NCBI GenBank assembly: GCA_965216915.1
Contig: CBDCGS010000011.1
Span: forward strand, 195,404-259,403
DNA length: 64,000 nt
Direction of reading: 5' to 3'
DNA from: Alphaproteobacteria bacterium
GTDB taxonomy: Bacteria > Pseudomonadota > Alphaproteobacteria > UBA828
Shown here: one piece after another, positions 35,122-45,110 of the stretch
How positions within the stretch are numbered: position 1 is the first letter of the stretch
How the letters are laid out: each line of letters starts with the position of its first letter
Notes under the pieces: generated by a model
The model's database searches: none
What the model saw: the letters and a program-made list of their open reading frames with translations, nothing else
What the model was told of the DNA's origin: nothing
Made by a program: the position numbers and the translations under genes

Positions 35122-36713
35122 GCGCGACGAACGGCGGCTTCCGCGCCGCACGCTGGAACGAGCCCCTCCTCAACACGCTCTCGGAGCCCGGTGCGCGCGG
35201 CATCGTTCCGCCCGCCATCGATCGCGAGATCGCCGATGCCGTCGGCGATGTCGCCGCGGCGCTTCCGGATTCGGTCAGGCGCGCCGCGCCACCCGACCTG
35301 CCGGAGCTGCCGCAGCATCGCGTGCTGCGTCACTTCTTGCGGCTGTCGCAGATGTCGATGGGCTTCGACGTGACGCCCGACATGATGGGCACCTGCACCA
35401 TGAAATACAGCCCCAAGGTGCATGAATATGTGGCGCGCCGCCCGGAATTCGCGGACGTCCATCCGCTGCAGGACGAGAGCACTCTGCAGGGCACGCTCGA
35501 GATCCTCTACCGTTTCAACCGCATGATGTGTGCGATCGCGGGCATGGACGAGTTCACGTTCCAGCCGGCGAGCGGCGCCCAGGGTATCTACACCAACGCC
35601 TGCATCATTCGCGCCTATCACGAATCGCGGGGCGATCTCGCGCAGCGCAACGAGATCATCACGACGGCGTTCTCGCACCCGGCCGATGCGGCGACGCCAG
35701 CGGTCGCGGGCTTCAAGGTGATCACGCTGATGCCGGGAGAGATGGGCTTCGCCGACGTCGACGCGCTCAAGGCCGCGGTCTCGGAGCGCACGGCCGGCCT
35801 CATGCTGACCAACCCGGAGGACACGGGTCAGTTCAACCCGGCGATCCGCGAGTTCGTCGACATCGTGCACGAGGCGGGCGGGCTCTGCGCCTATGACCAG
35901 GCGAACGGCAACCCGCTGCTTGGCGTCGTGCGCGCCGGCGACACCGGCTTCGACATGTGCCAATTCAACCTGCACAAGACATTCTCGGCGCCGCACGGCG
36001 CCATCGGCCTCGGCTGCGCGGCGGTCGGCGTGAAGGAGCATTTGCGCAAGTTCCTGCCGCGCCCGATCGTCACCCATGATGGCGAGCGCTACGGCCTCGA
36101 TCACGCGCCGGGCGAGAGCATCGACAAGATCCGCGCCTTCATCGGCAACGTGCATGCGGTGCTCAAGGCCTATTCGTGGGTGATGAGCCTCGGCGCCGAG
36201 GGCCTGCGCGCGGTCGCCGAGACGGCGGTACTCAATAATAACTACATGCTCGCCAACATTCGGAAGATCCGCGGCACCGCGATCCCGTGGCCCAAGAACA
36301 CCTATCCGAAGCTCGAGCAGGTGCGCTACAGCTGGGAGCCGCTTTACGAGGAGACCGGCGTCACGAGCCACGACATTATGAACCGCATGGTGGATTTCGG
36401 CGTGCAGCACTACATGGAAAGCCACGTGCCGATGCTGGTGCCGCAGCCCTTCACGATCGAGCCCGGCGAATCGCTCACAGTCGAGGAGATGGACGGGGTA
36501 CTCGACGCGCTCCGCAAGATCGCCGACGAGGCCTACAACACGCCGAAGGTCGTGCAGGAGGCGCCGCACAACGCCGCCACCACGCCGATCGACGGCGACG
36601 TGCCCGAAGATCCCGATTGCTGGGCGTTCACCTGGCGCGCGTACGAGCGCAAGAAGGACAATTGGGCCAACGTCGCGCGGCGCAACGAGGGCAGCCGCGG
36701 CGGCTACGGTTGA
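35118..36713 (+). CDS. gcvPB: glycine dehydrogenase (decarboxylating) subunit 2-like (GcvPB family, PLP-binding)
   Basis: PLP lysine region NLHKTFSAPHG. Start overlaps the gcvPA stop (ATGA). The ORF track starts 69 nt upstream, in a non-homologous region. Confidence 0.8.
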   Translation: MSATNGGFRAARWNEPLLNTLSEPGARGIVPPAIDREIADAVGDVAAALPDSVRRAAPPDLPELPQHRVLRHFLRLSQMSMGFDVTPDMMGTCTMKYSPKVHEYVARRPEFADVHPLQDESTLQGTLEILYRFNRMMCAIAGMDEFTFQPASGAQGIYTNACIIRAYHESRGDLAQRNEIITTAFSHPADAATPAVAGFKVITLMPGEMGFADVDALKAAVSERTAGLMLTNPEDTGQFNPAIREFVDIVHEAGGLCAYDQANGNPLLGVVRAGDTGFDMCQFNLHKTFSAPHGAIGLGCAAVGVKEHLRKFLPRPIVTHDGERYGLDHAPGESIDKIRAFIGNVHAVLKAYSWVMSLGAEGLRAVAETAVLNNNYMLANIRKIRGTAIPWPKNTYPKLEQVRYSWEPLYEETGVTSHDIMNRMVDFGVQHYMESHVPMLVPQPFTIEPGESLTVEEMDGVLDALRKIADEAYNTPKVVQEAPHNAATTPIDGDVPEDPDCWAFTWRAYERKKDNWANVARRNEGSRGGYG

Positions 36714-36731
36714 GCCGCGCCGCCCGGCATC

Positions 36732-37853
36732 ATGACCCGCACGCGGCGGCTCGGCCTGATCGTCAACCCGATCGCCGGCATGGGTGGCAGCGTCGGCCTC
36801 AAGGGCACCGACACGCCGACGATCCTACGCGAGGCGCGGGCGCGAGGCGCGACGCCCCAAGCGCCCGCGCGCGCGGAGGCGGTTTTGCGCATCCTGGCCG
36901 AAAGCAACGCGTCGATCGCGCTGCTCTCGGTGCCTGGCGCCATGGGCGCGGACCCGGCCGGTGCCGCCGGCTTCCCCGTCGAGACGATCGGCGGCTCGTG
37001 CGGCGACGAGACCGGTGCGGCGGACACGCGCCGCGCCGCGGCGGCGATGGCCGACGCCGGTGTCGCGCTTATCCTGTTCGCGGGCGGCGACGGTACCGCG
37101 CGCGATATCGCGGCCGCCGTTGGTGATCGCGTGCCAGTGGTCGGTGTGCCGGCCGGCGTGAAGATGCACTCCGCCGTCTACGCGACGAGCCCGCGCGCGG
37201 CCGCGCACCTGGTGCTCCGCGCGCTCGACGGCGCGCTGGAGACACGCGAGCGCGAGGTGATGGATATCGACGAAGCCGCGTTTCGCGCCGGTGCGGTCTC
37301 GGCAACGCTCTACGGCTATCTCCGCGTGCCCTACGCGCCCGATCTCGTGCAGAACGTGAAAACCGGCGGCGTGAGCGGCGATCACGCCGCGCTGGCCGCT
37401 GCTGCCGCCGAGGTGGCGTCGCGGCTGGCACCGGACCGCATCGCGATTCTCGGGCCCGGCACGACCATGCGCGCGGTGGCGACCGCGCTCGGTGTCGAGA
37501 AGACATTGCTCGGAGTAGACCTGGTGCGCGGCGGCGCCCTCCTTGCCGCCGACGCGGGGGAAGCCGACATCCTCGCGGCGCTCGAGGCCGCACCCGGATC
37601 GATCGTCGTCACGCCGATCGGCGGCCAGGGACACTTCATCGGGCGCGGCAACCAGCAGATCAGCCCGGGTGTGATCGCGCGGGTCGGCACCGACAACATC
37701 ATCGTCGTGGCAACGCCCGAGAAAATCGCCTCGTTGCGCGACAACACGCTGCACGTCGATTCCGGCGATCCCGCGCTCGACGCCGCACTCGTAGGCTGGC
37801 GACGGGTGATCACGGGCTTCGGCAGCGAGACGGTGTGCCGCGTGGCCACCTGA
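36732..37853 (+). CDS. ATP-NAD kinase family protein (diacylglycerol/NAD kinase-like fold)
   Basis: GGDGT motif in ILFAGGDGTARD. 373 aa. Precise function unknown. Confidence 0.6.
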   Translation: MTRTRRLGLIVNPIAGMGGSVGLKGTDTPTILREARARGATPQAPARAEAVLRILAESNASIALLSVPGAMGADPAGAAGFPVETIGGSCGDETGAADTRRAAAAMADAGVALILFAGGDGTARDIAAAVGDRVPVVGVPAGVKMHSAVYATSPRAAAHLVLRALDGALETREREVMDIDEAAFRAGAVSATLYGYLRVPYAPDLVQNVKTGGVSGDHAALAAAAAEVASRLAPDRIAILGPGTTMRAVATALGVEKTLLGVDLVRGGALLAADAGEADILAALEAAPGSIVVTPIGGQGHFIGRGNQQISPGVIARVGTDNIIVVATPEKIASLRDNTLHVDSGDPALDAALVGWRRVITGFGSETVCRVAT

Positions 37854-37890
37854 CGACAACACGGTGAACAGGAATGAAGGAGAAGAGGAC

Positions 37891-38901
37891 ATGACGAGAC
37901 TCAATTGGGGCGTGCTCGGAACATCGCTGTTCGCCGTCGAACATATGATCCCGGCGCTCCAGCAATGCGAAAGCCTGACGGTCGCGGGGATCGCGAGCCG
38001 CGATCGCGCCGCCGCGGAGCGGATCGGCGAACAGTTCGGCATCGCGCGGCGCTATGGAAGCTACGACGAAATGCTTGCGGACCCCGCGATCGACGTCGTG
38101 TTCAACCCGCTGCCCAACCACCTGCACGTCCCGTGGACGATCAAGGCCGCGCAGGCGGGCAAGCACGTTCTCTGCGAGAAGCCGCTCGCCCTCGACGCCG
38201 AGGAAGCGGCCACGCTCATCCCGGTTCGCGACGAAACCGGCGTCGTGATTCAAGAGGCGTTCGTGGTGCGCCATCACCCGCAATGGCGCCGCGTGCGCGA
38301 GCTCGCGACCAATGGGCGCATCGGCGCGGTGCGCGCGATCCAAGGCTGGTTCAGCTACAACCTTGACGACCCGGACAACTATCGCAGCAAGCGCGAGATG
38401 GGCGGCGGCGGCTTGTTCGATATCGGCGTCTATCCGCTGGTCACATCGCGTTTCGTCTTTGGCGCCGAGCCGACGCGCGTCGCGGCGTTCGTCGAACGAC
38501 ATCCGGTCTACGATGTGGATCGCCTCGCAAGCTGCACCCTGGCGTTCCCCGAGGGCATCGCCACGTTCACCTGCGCGACGCACCTCTCGGTGCACCAGCA
38601 CATGGCGATCCACGGCACCAAGGGGCGCATCGAGCTGCCGGACCCGTTCGCGCAGGCGCCGAGCCGCCGCGCGCGGGTGGTGATTCTCGGCGAGCGCGAG
38701 ATTTGGGACCCGCTGGCGATCGAGGAAGAGACGCTCGACCCCGTCAATCAATATGTCATTCAGGCCGAGGCGTTTTGCGCGGCAGTACGCGGCGAACGGC
38801 CGCTCGAATTCCCGCTCGAGGATTCGCTGAATACGATGCGCATCCTCGATGCGCTTTTCAGAGCGGGCGAGAGCGGGCGCTGGGAGGACGTGGCCCGCTG
38901 A
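37891..38901 (+). CDS. Gfo/Idh/MocA family oxidoreductase
   Basis: N-terminal Rossmann motif NWGVLGTSLFAVEHMIPAL and an EKP motif (CEKPLALD). Confidence 0.75.
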   Translation: MTRLNWGVLGTSLFAVEHMIPALQQCESLTVAGIASRDRAAAERIGEQFGIARRYGSYDEMLADPAIDVVFNPLPNHLHVPWTIKAAQAGKHVLCEKPLALDAEEAATLIPVRDETGVVIQEAFVVRHHPQWRRVRELATNGRIGAVRAIQGWFSYNLDDPDNYRSKREMGGGGLFDIGVYPLVTSRFVFGAEPTRVAAFVERHPVYDVDRLASCTLAFPEGIATFTCATHLSVHQHMAIHGTKGRIELPDPFAQAPSRRARVVILGEREIWDPLAIEEETLDPVNQYVIQAEAFCAAVRGERPLEFPLEDSLNTMRILDALFRAGESGRWEDVAR

Positions 38902-39042
38902 CGCATCCTTGCATGTGAAGCGCAGGCTGCCGGCGAGCGCGTTGGTGGGCGCGGCCAGCCATTCGAAGCGCCGCCCGCGCGGTGATCCTGCTATAACATC
39001 ACCAACACCGCCGCGCAGAAACGGCGACCGAGGGAGGGCACC

Positions 39043-41016
39043 ATGACCGATCCCACGCGCGCGATCCGTCTTTACGGCACCGAGGCGCCAACGCCGGAGG
39101 TGCGCGCGGTGCGCGCAGGCGGCCTCTCGGCCGAGCTCGAAGCCGGAAAGCTGCGTTATGTGCGCCGGGGCGGGCACGAGGCATTGCGCGGCCTCGCCTT
39201 CGTGGTCCGTGGCCCTGGCTGGGAGACCTTCGCGCCCACGCTCACGAACCTTTCGGTCGAGGAATCGGGCGGTGGCTTTCGCATTGGCTACGACGCGCGG
39301 ATCGAGGCGGCCTGCGGCACCCTGACCTTCCGCGCCGAGATCGAAGCGGTCGACGAGAGCGGCTTGCGCTTTTCGATCGAGGGCGCGGCGGAAACCGCGT
39401 TCGAGACCGGCCGCACGGGCTTTGTGGTGCTGCATCCCGTGGAGGGCGTGGCCGGTGCACCATGCCGGATCGACCACACCGACGGCACGCACGAAGATAC
39501 CGTGTTTCCCGACCTCGTGATGCCACTACAGCCCTTTTTCGACATTCGCGCGATGCGGCACCAGGTCGCCCCCGGCCTCTGGCTCACCTGCCACCTCGAT
39601 GGCGCCGACCCCTGGGAGACGGAAGACCAGCGCAATTGGACCGATGCCTCCTACAAGACCTACTTTCGGCCGCTCGCCCTCCCCTTCCCCTATACGCTCG
39701 CGGCCGGCGAGCGGTTTTCGCAAACCGCCGAGCTCCGCTTCGAGGGTGCGCCGCCGGCGTCGGGGCCGACGGCGGGCGGCGACGCGATCGCGGTGCGCGT
39801 CGACGGGCCGACGGGTGCCACGATGCCGCTGGTCGGCCTCGGCGTGCAGGCAAGCCATGCCAATGACGGCCTCGACGATCTCGATCTGATCCGCCCGCTC
39901 GGCGCGCATTATCTCGTTTGCCAATTCAATCCGAGCGCCGGCCACGGCGCGGCCGAGCTTGCCGGCTACCGCGACCTCGCGGCGGCGCTTGGGCTCGACG
40001 TCACGCTCGAAATCGTCGTCCCGTGCGAGCGGCCGGTCGCCGACGAGATTGCCGAGGCAGCGGCTGCTGTCGGCGCGGCGGGGCTCACGCCGGCCTCGGT
40101 GATCGTCGAGCAAAAACGCCTCCTCTATTTCACGCTGGAGACGATCGAGGCACTCGGCATACCAAGCTTCGAGGAAACTTATGCCGCCGCGCGCGCGGCC
40201 TTTCCCGGTGTGCGCCTCGGCGGCGGCGTACTCACGAACTTCACCGAGCTCAACCGCAACCACCCCGATCCGGCGCTCTTCGACTATCTGACCCACAACA
40301 CCTGCGCGGTGGTGCACGAGCCCGACGACCGGTCCGTGATGGAGACGCTGCAGTCCCTGCCCTCGATCGTCGCCACCGCGAAATCGTTCGCGGGCGGCAA
40401 GCCCTATCGCCTCGGGCCAAGCGCGATCGGCATGCGCTTCAACCCGTATGGCCCGAGCACGCACGACAATCAGGACAATGGCCGGCACTCGTTCAACCAG
40501 CAGGACCCGCGCCAGCGCAGTCTCCTTGGCGCGGCGTTCACGCTTGGCTACATGGCGCGCGTCGCGCCGCTCGGCATCGAGGCGATCGCCCTCGGCATGC
40601 CCGCCGGAGAGCTTGGCGCGGTGTACCGCAAGATGGGCCACGAGCAGCCATGGTTCGACACGCTCGCCGGCCCGGCCGTGTTTCCGCTCTATCACATCGT
40701 CGCGGGGATGGCGCAGGCATCGGGCGCGGCCCTGCGGACCGCCGAAAGCGACGACCCGACGCGCGTGCTGGCCCTCGCGCACGAGGTCGCGGGCGGCGGG
40801 ACGCGGCTCTGGCTTGCGAACCTGACCCCATCGCCGCAGCGCGTCGAGGTGGCCGGCGTGCCGTCGGAAGCGATGATCGGCGGCCTCGATGAGGACAAGT
40901 TCGTTGCAGCGACCACCGACCCCCTTGCCTTCCAAGCCGCCGAGGGGCAGACGGGCGATCCGCGCCAAATCTCGCTGAAGCCCTTCGGCATCGCTCGGAT
41001 CACCACCGACGGATAA
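39043..41016 (+). CDS. hypothetical protein (657 aa, no recognised family)
   Basis: Long ORF with protein-like amino-acid composition and no obvious low complexity. No motif I can assign. Confidence 0.5.
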   Translation: MTDPTRAIRLYGTEAPTPEVRAVRAGGLSAELEAGKLRYVRRGGHEALRGLAFVVRGPGWETFAPTLTNLSVEESGGGFRIGYDARIEAACGTLTFRAEIEAVDESGLRFSIEGAAETAFETGRTGFVVLHPVEGVAGAPCRIDHTDGTHEDTVFPDLVMPLQPFFDIRAMRHQVAPGLWLTCHLDGADPWETEDQRNWTDASYKTYFRPLALPFPYTLAAGERFSQTAELRFEGAPPASGPTAGGDAIAVRVDGPTGATMPLVGLGVQASHANDGLDDLDLIRPLGAHYLVCQFNPSAGHGAAELAGYRDLAAALGLDVTLEIVVPCERPVADEIAEAAAAVGAAGLTPASVIVEQKRLLYFTLETIEALGIPSFEETYAAARAAFPGVRLGGGVLTNFTELNRNHPDPALFDYLTHNTCAVVHEPDDRSVMETLQSLPSIVATAKSFAGGKPYRLGPSAIGMRFNPYGPSTHDNQDNGRHSFNQQDPRQRSLLGAAFTLGYMARVAPLGIEAIALGMPAGELGAVYRKMGHEQPWFDTLAGPAVFPLYHIVAGMAQASGAALRTAESDDPTRVLALAHEVAGGGTRLWLANLTPSPQRVEVAGVPSEAMIGGLDEDKFVAATTDPLAFQAAEGQTGDPRQISLKPFGIARITTDG

Positions 41017-41054
41017 GCACGCATCACGGCAATCAAAACGAGGAGCGCGACGCC

Positions 41055-41855
41055 ATGGCAGAAGCCACACTCAAGAGCATGACGCAGCACAGCCGACTCA
41101 AGGTCGGCACGTTTCTCGTGGAGTTCTCGACACCGGGGATCGGACAGATTCTCAAGGCCGCAGGCTGCGAATTTGTGCTGCTCGACATGGAGCATTCGGG
41201 ATTCGGCTTCGACACCATCAAGCAAATGCTGCGCTACATGCAGGCAGCCGACATGCCAACGATCGTGCGTGTGCCCTCGCGCGAGTACCACCACGCCGCC
41301 CGCGCGATGGACATGGGCGCGGAGGGCATCATGCTGCCGATGATCGGGTCGGCCAGCGTCGCCAAGGAGCTGCTCGGCTACATCAAGTACGCCCCGCGCG
41401 GCGAGCGTGGCGTTGCGCTACAGATCGCGCATGATCGTTATGCCCCGGGTCCCGTGCTCAAGAAGCTCCGCGATGCCAATCGACGAAGCACGTTCTTCGC
41501 CCTGATCGAGACCGCCGAGGGCGTGGAGAACGCCTTCGAGATTGCCGCGCTCAAAGATGTCGACGCGCTCTGGATCGGCCATTTCGACCTCAGCGTCTCG
41601 ATGGGGATCGCGGGCCAGTTCGATCACCCCGATTTCTTGGCGGCGGTCGATCGCGTCACGAAGGCCGCGAAGAAACACAAGAAGGCGCTGGGCCGTTTGG
41701 TGCCGAACGTCGACGCCGGCGCGACACTCTTCAAGCAAGGCTTCGATTTCATTTGCTATTCGGGCGACGTTTGGCTGTTGCAGCAGGCGATGAGCGCCGG
41801 CGCGGAAGGGCTTCGTGCGCGCTGCAAGGGCGGGCGACCGCGCAAGAGGAGCTGA
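41055..41855 (+). CDS. HpcH/HpaI family aldolase (2-keto-3-deoxy-acid aldolase)
   Basis: 266 aa. The family's characteristic pattern (RVPSREYHHAARAMDMGAEGIMLPMI...DALWIGHFDLS). Confidence 0.8.
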   Translation: MAEATLKSMTQHSRLKVGTFLVEFSTPGIGQILKAAGCEFVLLDMEHSGFGFDTIKQMLRYMQAADMPTIVRVPSREYHHAARAMDMGAEGIMLPMIGSASVAKELLGYIKYAPRGERGVALQIAHDRYAPGPVLKKLRDANRRSTFFALIETAEGVENAFEIAALKDVDALWIGHFDLSVSMGIAGQFDHPDFLAAVDRVTKAAKKHKKALGRLVPNVDAGATLFKQGFDFICYSGDVWLLQQAMSAGAEGLRARCKGGRPRKRS

Positions 41856-41858
41856 CCC

Positions 41859-42911
41859 ATGGCAGACAAATTCCGTGTCGCGCTGTCGAGCGATTTCCTG
41901 CAGTCGGACGGCAAACCAGCGTTTCCCATGTTCGACCGGAGCCCCCTCGATGACGATCCCGACATCGAATGGCGTTATCTCGAGAACCGTGACGGCCCTG
42001 TCGATGCGGAAGAGCTTGCGGACCACGATGCGCTCATCCTGCTTGCCCAGCGCTTCGACCGTGTGAGCGTGCCGGCGGATGGCCGCTTGGCGTTGGTGGC
42101 GCGTTTCGGCGTCGGCTACGATTCGGTGGACGTTCAGGCGTGCACCGACAACGGGATCGCGCTCACGATCACGCCCAACGGGGTGCGCCGCCCCGTCGCG
42201 GTCTCCATCATCACGCTGATGCTCGCCGTCACCGGCAAGCTCTTGATCAAGGACCGGCTGACCCGGCAGGGGCCCGACGGCTTCGCCCAGAAGATCCACC
42301 ATATGGGCGTCGGCATCGTCGGCAAGACCCTGGGCTCGGTCGGCATCGGCAACATCGGCGCCGAGATGTTCCGCCTCGCCAAGCCCTTCGACATGGATTT
42401 CATCGCCTGCGACCCCTATGCCGAGGAGGCGACGGCGGCCGAGCTCGGCGTGCGCTTGGTGGACATGGAGACACTCTGCCGCGAATCGGACATTCTCGCC
42501 GTCAATTGCCTCTACAACGACGAGACCCACCACATCGTCAACGCCGAGCGGATCGCGCTCATGAAACCAACCGCCTACCTGATCAACACCTCGCGCGGCG
42601 GAACCGTGGACCAAAAAGCGCTCACCGCGGCACTCCAAGAGGAGCGCATCGCGGGTGCCGGGCTCGATGTCGTCGACCCCGAGCCGCCGGAGCCCGATGA
42701 CCCCATCCTCACCCTCGGCAATGTGGTGTTTGGCCCGCACGCGCTCTGCTGGACCGACCAGTGCTTCGCCGGGATCGGCGCGGATGACATCAACGCCGCC
42801 TCCGCCGTGAAGCGCGGCGAGCAGCCGGACGGGGTGGTCAACCGCGAGATCCTCGAGAACGCTGCGTGGCGCGCCAAGCTCGAGCGTTATGGCGCACAGT
42901 TCGGGCGCTAG
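41859..42911 (+). CDS. D-isomer-specific 2-hydroxyacid dehydrogenase family protein
   Basis: GxGxxG NAD-binding motif VGIVGKTLGSVGIGNIG, and catalytic His in FGPHALCWT. Confidence 0.85.
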   Translation: MADKFRVALSSDFLQSDGKPAFPMFDRSPLDDDPDIEWRYLENRDGPVDAEELADHDALILLAQRFDRVSVPADGRLALVARFGVGYDSVDVQACTDNGIALTITPNGVRRPVAVSIITLMLAVTGKLLIKDRLTRQGPDGFAQKIHHMGVGIVGKTLGSVGIGNIGAEMFRLAKPFDMDFIACDPYAEEATAAELGVRLVDMETLCRESDILAVNCLYNDETHHIVNAERIALMKPTAYLINTSRGGTVDQKALTAALQEERIAGAGLDVVDPEPPEPDDPILTLGNVVFGPHALCWTDQCFAGIGADDINAASAVKRGEQPDGVVNREILENAAWRAKLERYGAQFGR

Positions 42912-42932
42912 CGGACGACGGGTCGCTCGGGC

Positions 42933-44093
42933 GTGATGGAGGGCTTCAACTTCCCGCCGCCCACGCTGCCGTGCGGGGCGGAGGCGCTGCGCGCGGAGGT
43001 GCGCGCGTTCGCCGCCCGCGTCCGCGCCGAGGACGGCTGGCCGCCGAACTCCGACTTCGGCGCCAGGTTCTCGCCCGAGTTCAGCCGCAAGCTCGGCGCG
43101 CAAGGCTGGATCGGCATGACCTGGCCCAGCGCCTACGGCGGTCACGAGCGGAGCGCGCTGGAGCGCTACGTCGTGATCGAGGAGCTGCTTGCGGCCGGCG
43201 CGCCCGTCTTCGCCCACTGGATCGCCGACCGGCAGAGCGGCCCGCTCCTCATGCGCTATGGCTCCGAGACGCAGTGCCGCGCCATTCTGCCGCGCATCGT
43301 CGCCGGCGAATGCTACTTCGCGATCGGCATGAGCGAGCCGGATTCGGGCTCCGACCTCGCTTCGGTGCGCACGCGCGCCGAGCACACCGCGGACGGCTGG
43401 CGCATCAACGGCACCAAGGTATGGACCAGCAACGCCCATCGCTGCGACTACATGATCGCCCTCTGCCGCACGGGCCCCGCCGGGGATGACCGGCATGGCG
43501 GGCTCAGCCAGTTCCTGATCGACCTGAAGAACGACGGCTTGACGATCAACCCGATCATCAACATCGCGGGCTCCCACGAGTTCAACGAGGTGGTGTTCGT
43601 GGATGTCGAGATCCCGGCCGACCGGCTGATCGGCGACGAGGGGGGCGGCTGGACCCAGGTCACGAGCGAGCTCGCGCTCGAGCGCAGCGGGCCCGAGCGG
43701 TTCCTGAGCACGTTTCACCTGCTGAAGGCGCTCGTCGATGCGGGCGGTCCCAACCCCGATGTGCGGCTCGCCCAGACGATCGGCCGGCTCACCGCCAACC
43801 TCTGGGCGCTCAGGCGCATGTCGCTTTCGGTCGCGGGCATGCTCGACGCGGGCGAGCTTCCCGATGTCGAGGCGGCGATCGTGAAGGACATGGGCAACCG
43901 CTTCGAGCGCGAGGTGATGGAGGCGATCCGCCTCGCCGTCCCGCTCGAGCCGACGCGCGCGGGCGATGCCAATGCGCCGACCGTCGCCAACCAGCTCGCC
44001 ACCGCGCTCCTCTACCTTCCGTCCTACACGCTGCGCGGCGGCACGACGGAGATCATGCGCGGCATCATCGCACGGGGGCTCGGGCTCCGATGA
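42933..44093 (+). CDS. acyl-CoA dehydrogenase family protein
   Basis: ACAD middle beta-barrel and C-terminal helical domain (YFAIGMSEPDSGSDLASV...GTKVWTSN). Confidence 0.85.
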   Translation: MMEGFNFPPPTLPCGAEALRAEVRAFAARVRAEDGWPPNSDFGARFSPEFSRKLGAQGWIGMTWPSAYGGHERSALERYVVIEELLAAGAPVFAHWIADRQSGPLLMRYGSETQCRAILPRIVAGECYFAIGMSEPDSGSDLASVRTRAEHTADGWRINGTKVWTSNAHRCDYMIALCRTGPAGDDRHGGLSQFLIDLKNDGLTINPIINIAGSHEFNEVVFVDVEIPADRLIGDEGGGWTQVTSELALERSGPERFLSTFHLLKALVDAGGPNPDVRLAQTIGRLTANLWALRRMSLSVAGMLDAGELPDVEAAIVKDMGNRFEREVMEAIRLAVPLEPTRAGDANAPTVANQLATALLYLPSYTLRGGTTEIMRGIIARGLGLR

Positions 44094-45073
44094 GCGACAC
44101 CGCGCGCCTGCTCGCCGATGCCGCGGACCGCCTGTTCGGCGAGCATGCCGAGGCGGCGCGCGCGGCCGCTGCGAACGGCGACTGGCCCGAAGACGCGTGG
44201 CGCGCGTTCGAAACGGCTGGACTGGCGCAGGCGCTGCTGCCGGAGGATGCGGGCGGTGCAGATTTGGTCGGCGGGCTCGAGGTGCTTCGCGCCGCCGGAC
44301 GCCACGCCGTCCCACTGCCGACCGCGGAGACGCTCCTGGCGCACCGCCTCCTGGCGCAGGCCGCCATTCCCGCGCCGCCCGGACCGCTGACGTTGGCGTT
44401 GGCCGATCCGGAGGCGCATGGCGCGCGCGCTCGCGTGCCATGGGCGCGAAACGCCGATGCGCTCGTGGTGGTTGATGAGGCGGGCATCGCGCTTGTTCCG
44501 TTGGCCGGCGCATCGATTTCGCCGGCTGACAACGTCGCGGGCGAGCCGCGCGACCGCGTCGACCTCGACGGCCGCCCCGCGGATCGGCGCGCCCTGCCGG
44601 AGGCCCTCGACGTCGCCGCCGTGCGCCGCCTCGCCGCGCTCGGCCGCGCGGCGCAGCTTCGCGGCGCGCTCGAGCGAGTGCTCGCGATGACCGTGCAGTA
44701 CGCCAATGAGCGCAAGCAATTCGGGCGCGCGATCGCGCGTTTCCAGGCGATCCAGCATCACCTCGCGACCATCGCGGGACATGTCGCGGCGAGCGGCGCG
44801 GCCGTCGATGCCGCAGCGGAAAGCGGCGACCCGCTGGCGCTCGCGGCGGCGAAGGCGCGCGCGAGTGAAGCCGCGGGTGAGGTGGCAGCGCTGGCCCACC
44901 AGGTGCACGGCGCCATCGGCTTCACCGAGGAGCACACGCTTCACCATTGGACCAAACGCCTGTGGGCCTGGCGGGAGGAATATGGCAACGAGGCCCATTG
45001 GTGGGCCGAGATTGGTCGTGGCAGGGCCGTTGCGGGTGGCGACGCGCTCTGGCCCTCGATCGTGACCGCCTGA
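44090..45073 (+). CDS. acyl-CoA dehydrogenase family protein (C-terminal-domain-type partner subunit)
   Basis: FGRAIARFQAIQHHLA ACAD C-terminal signature. Start overlaps the previous stop (ATGA), suggesting a two-subunit ACAD. Confidence 0.7.
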   Translation: MSDTARLLADAADRLFGEHAEAARAAAANGDWPEDAWRAFETAGLAQALLPEDAGGADLVGGLEVLRAAGRHAVPLPTAETLLAHRLLAQAAIPAPPGPLTLALADPEAHGARARVPWARNADALVVVDEAGIALVPLAGASISPADNVAGEPRDRVDLDGRPADRRALPEALDVAAVRRLAALGRAAQLRGALERVLAMTVQYANERKQFGRAIARFQAIQHHLATIAGHVAASGAAVDAAAESGDPLALAAAKARASEAAGEVAALAHQVHGAIGFTEEHTLHHWTKRLWAWREEYGNEAHWWAEIGRGRAVAGGDALWPSIVTA

Positions 45074-45110
45074 GCGCGCCACACGCTGTTGAACGAGGGA
45101 GCGAGCGCCC

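Noticed and set aside
41418-44513. 1031-aa minus-strand ORF
   Set aside because: It is antisense to the aldolase, dehydrogenase and ACAD genes. It is Arg/Pro/Ala-rich with no motifs.
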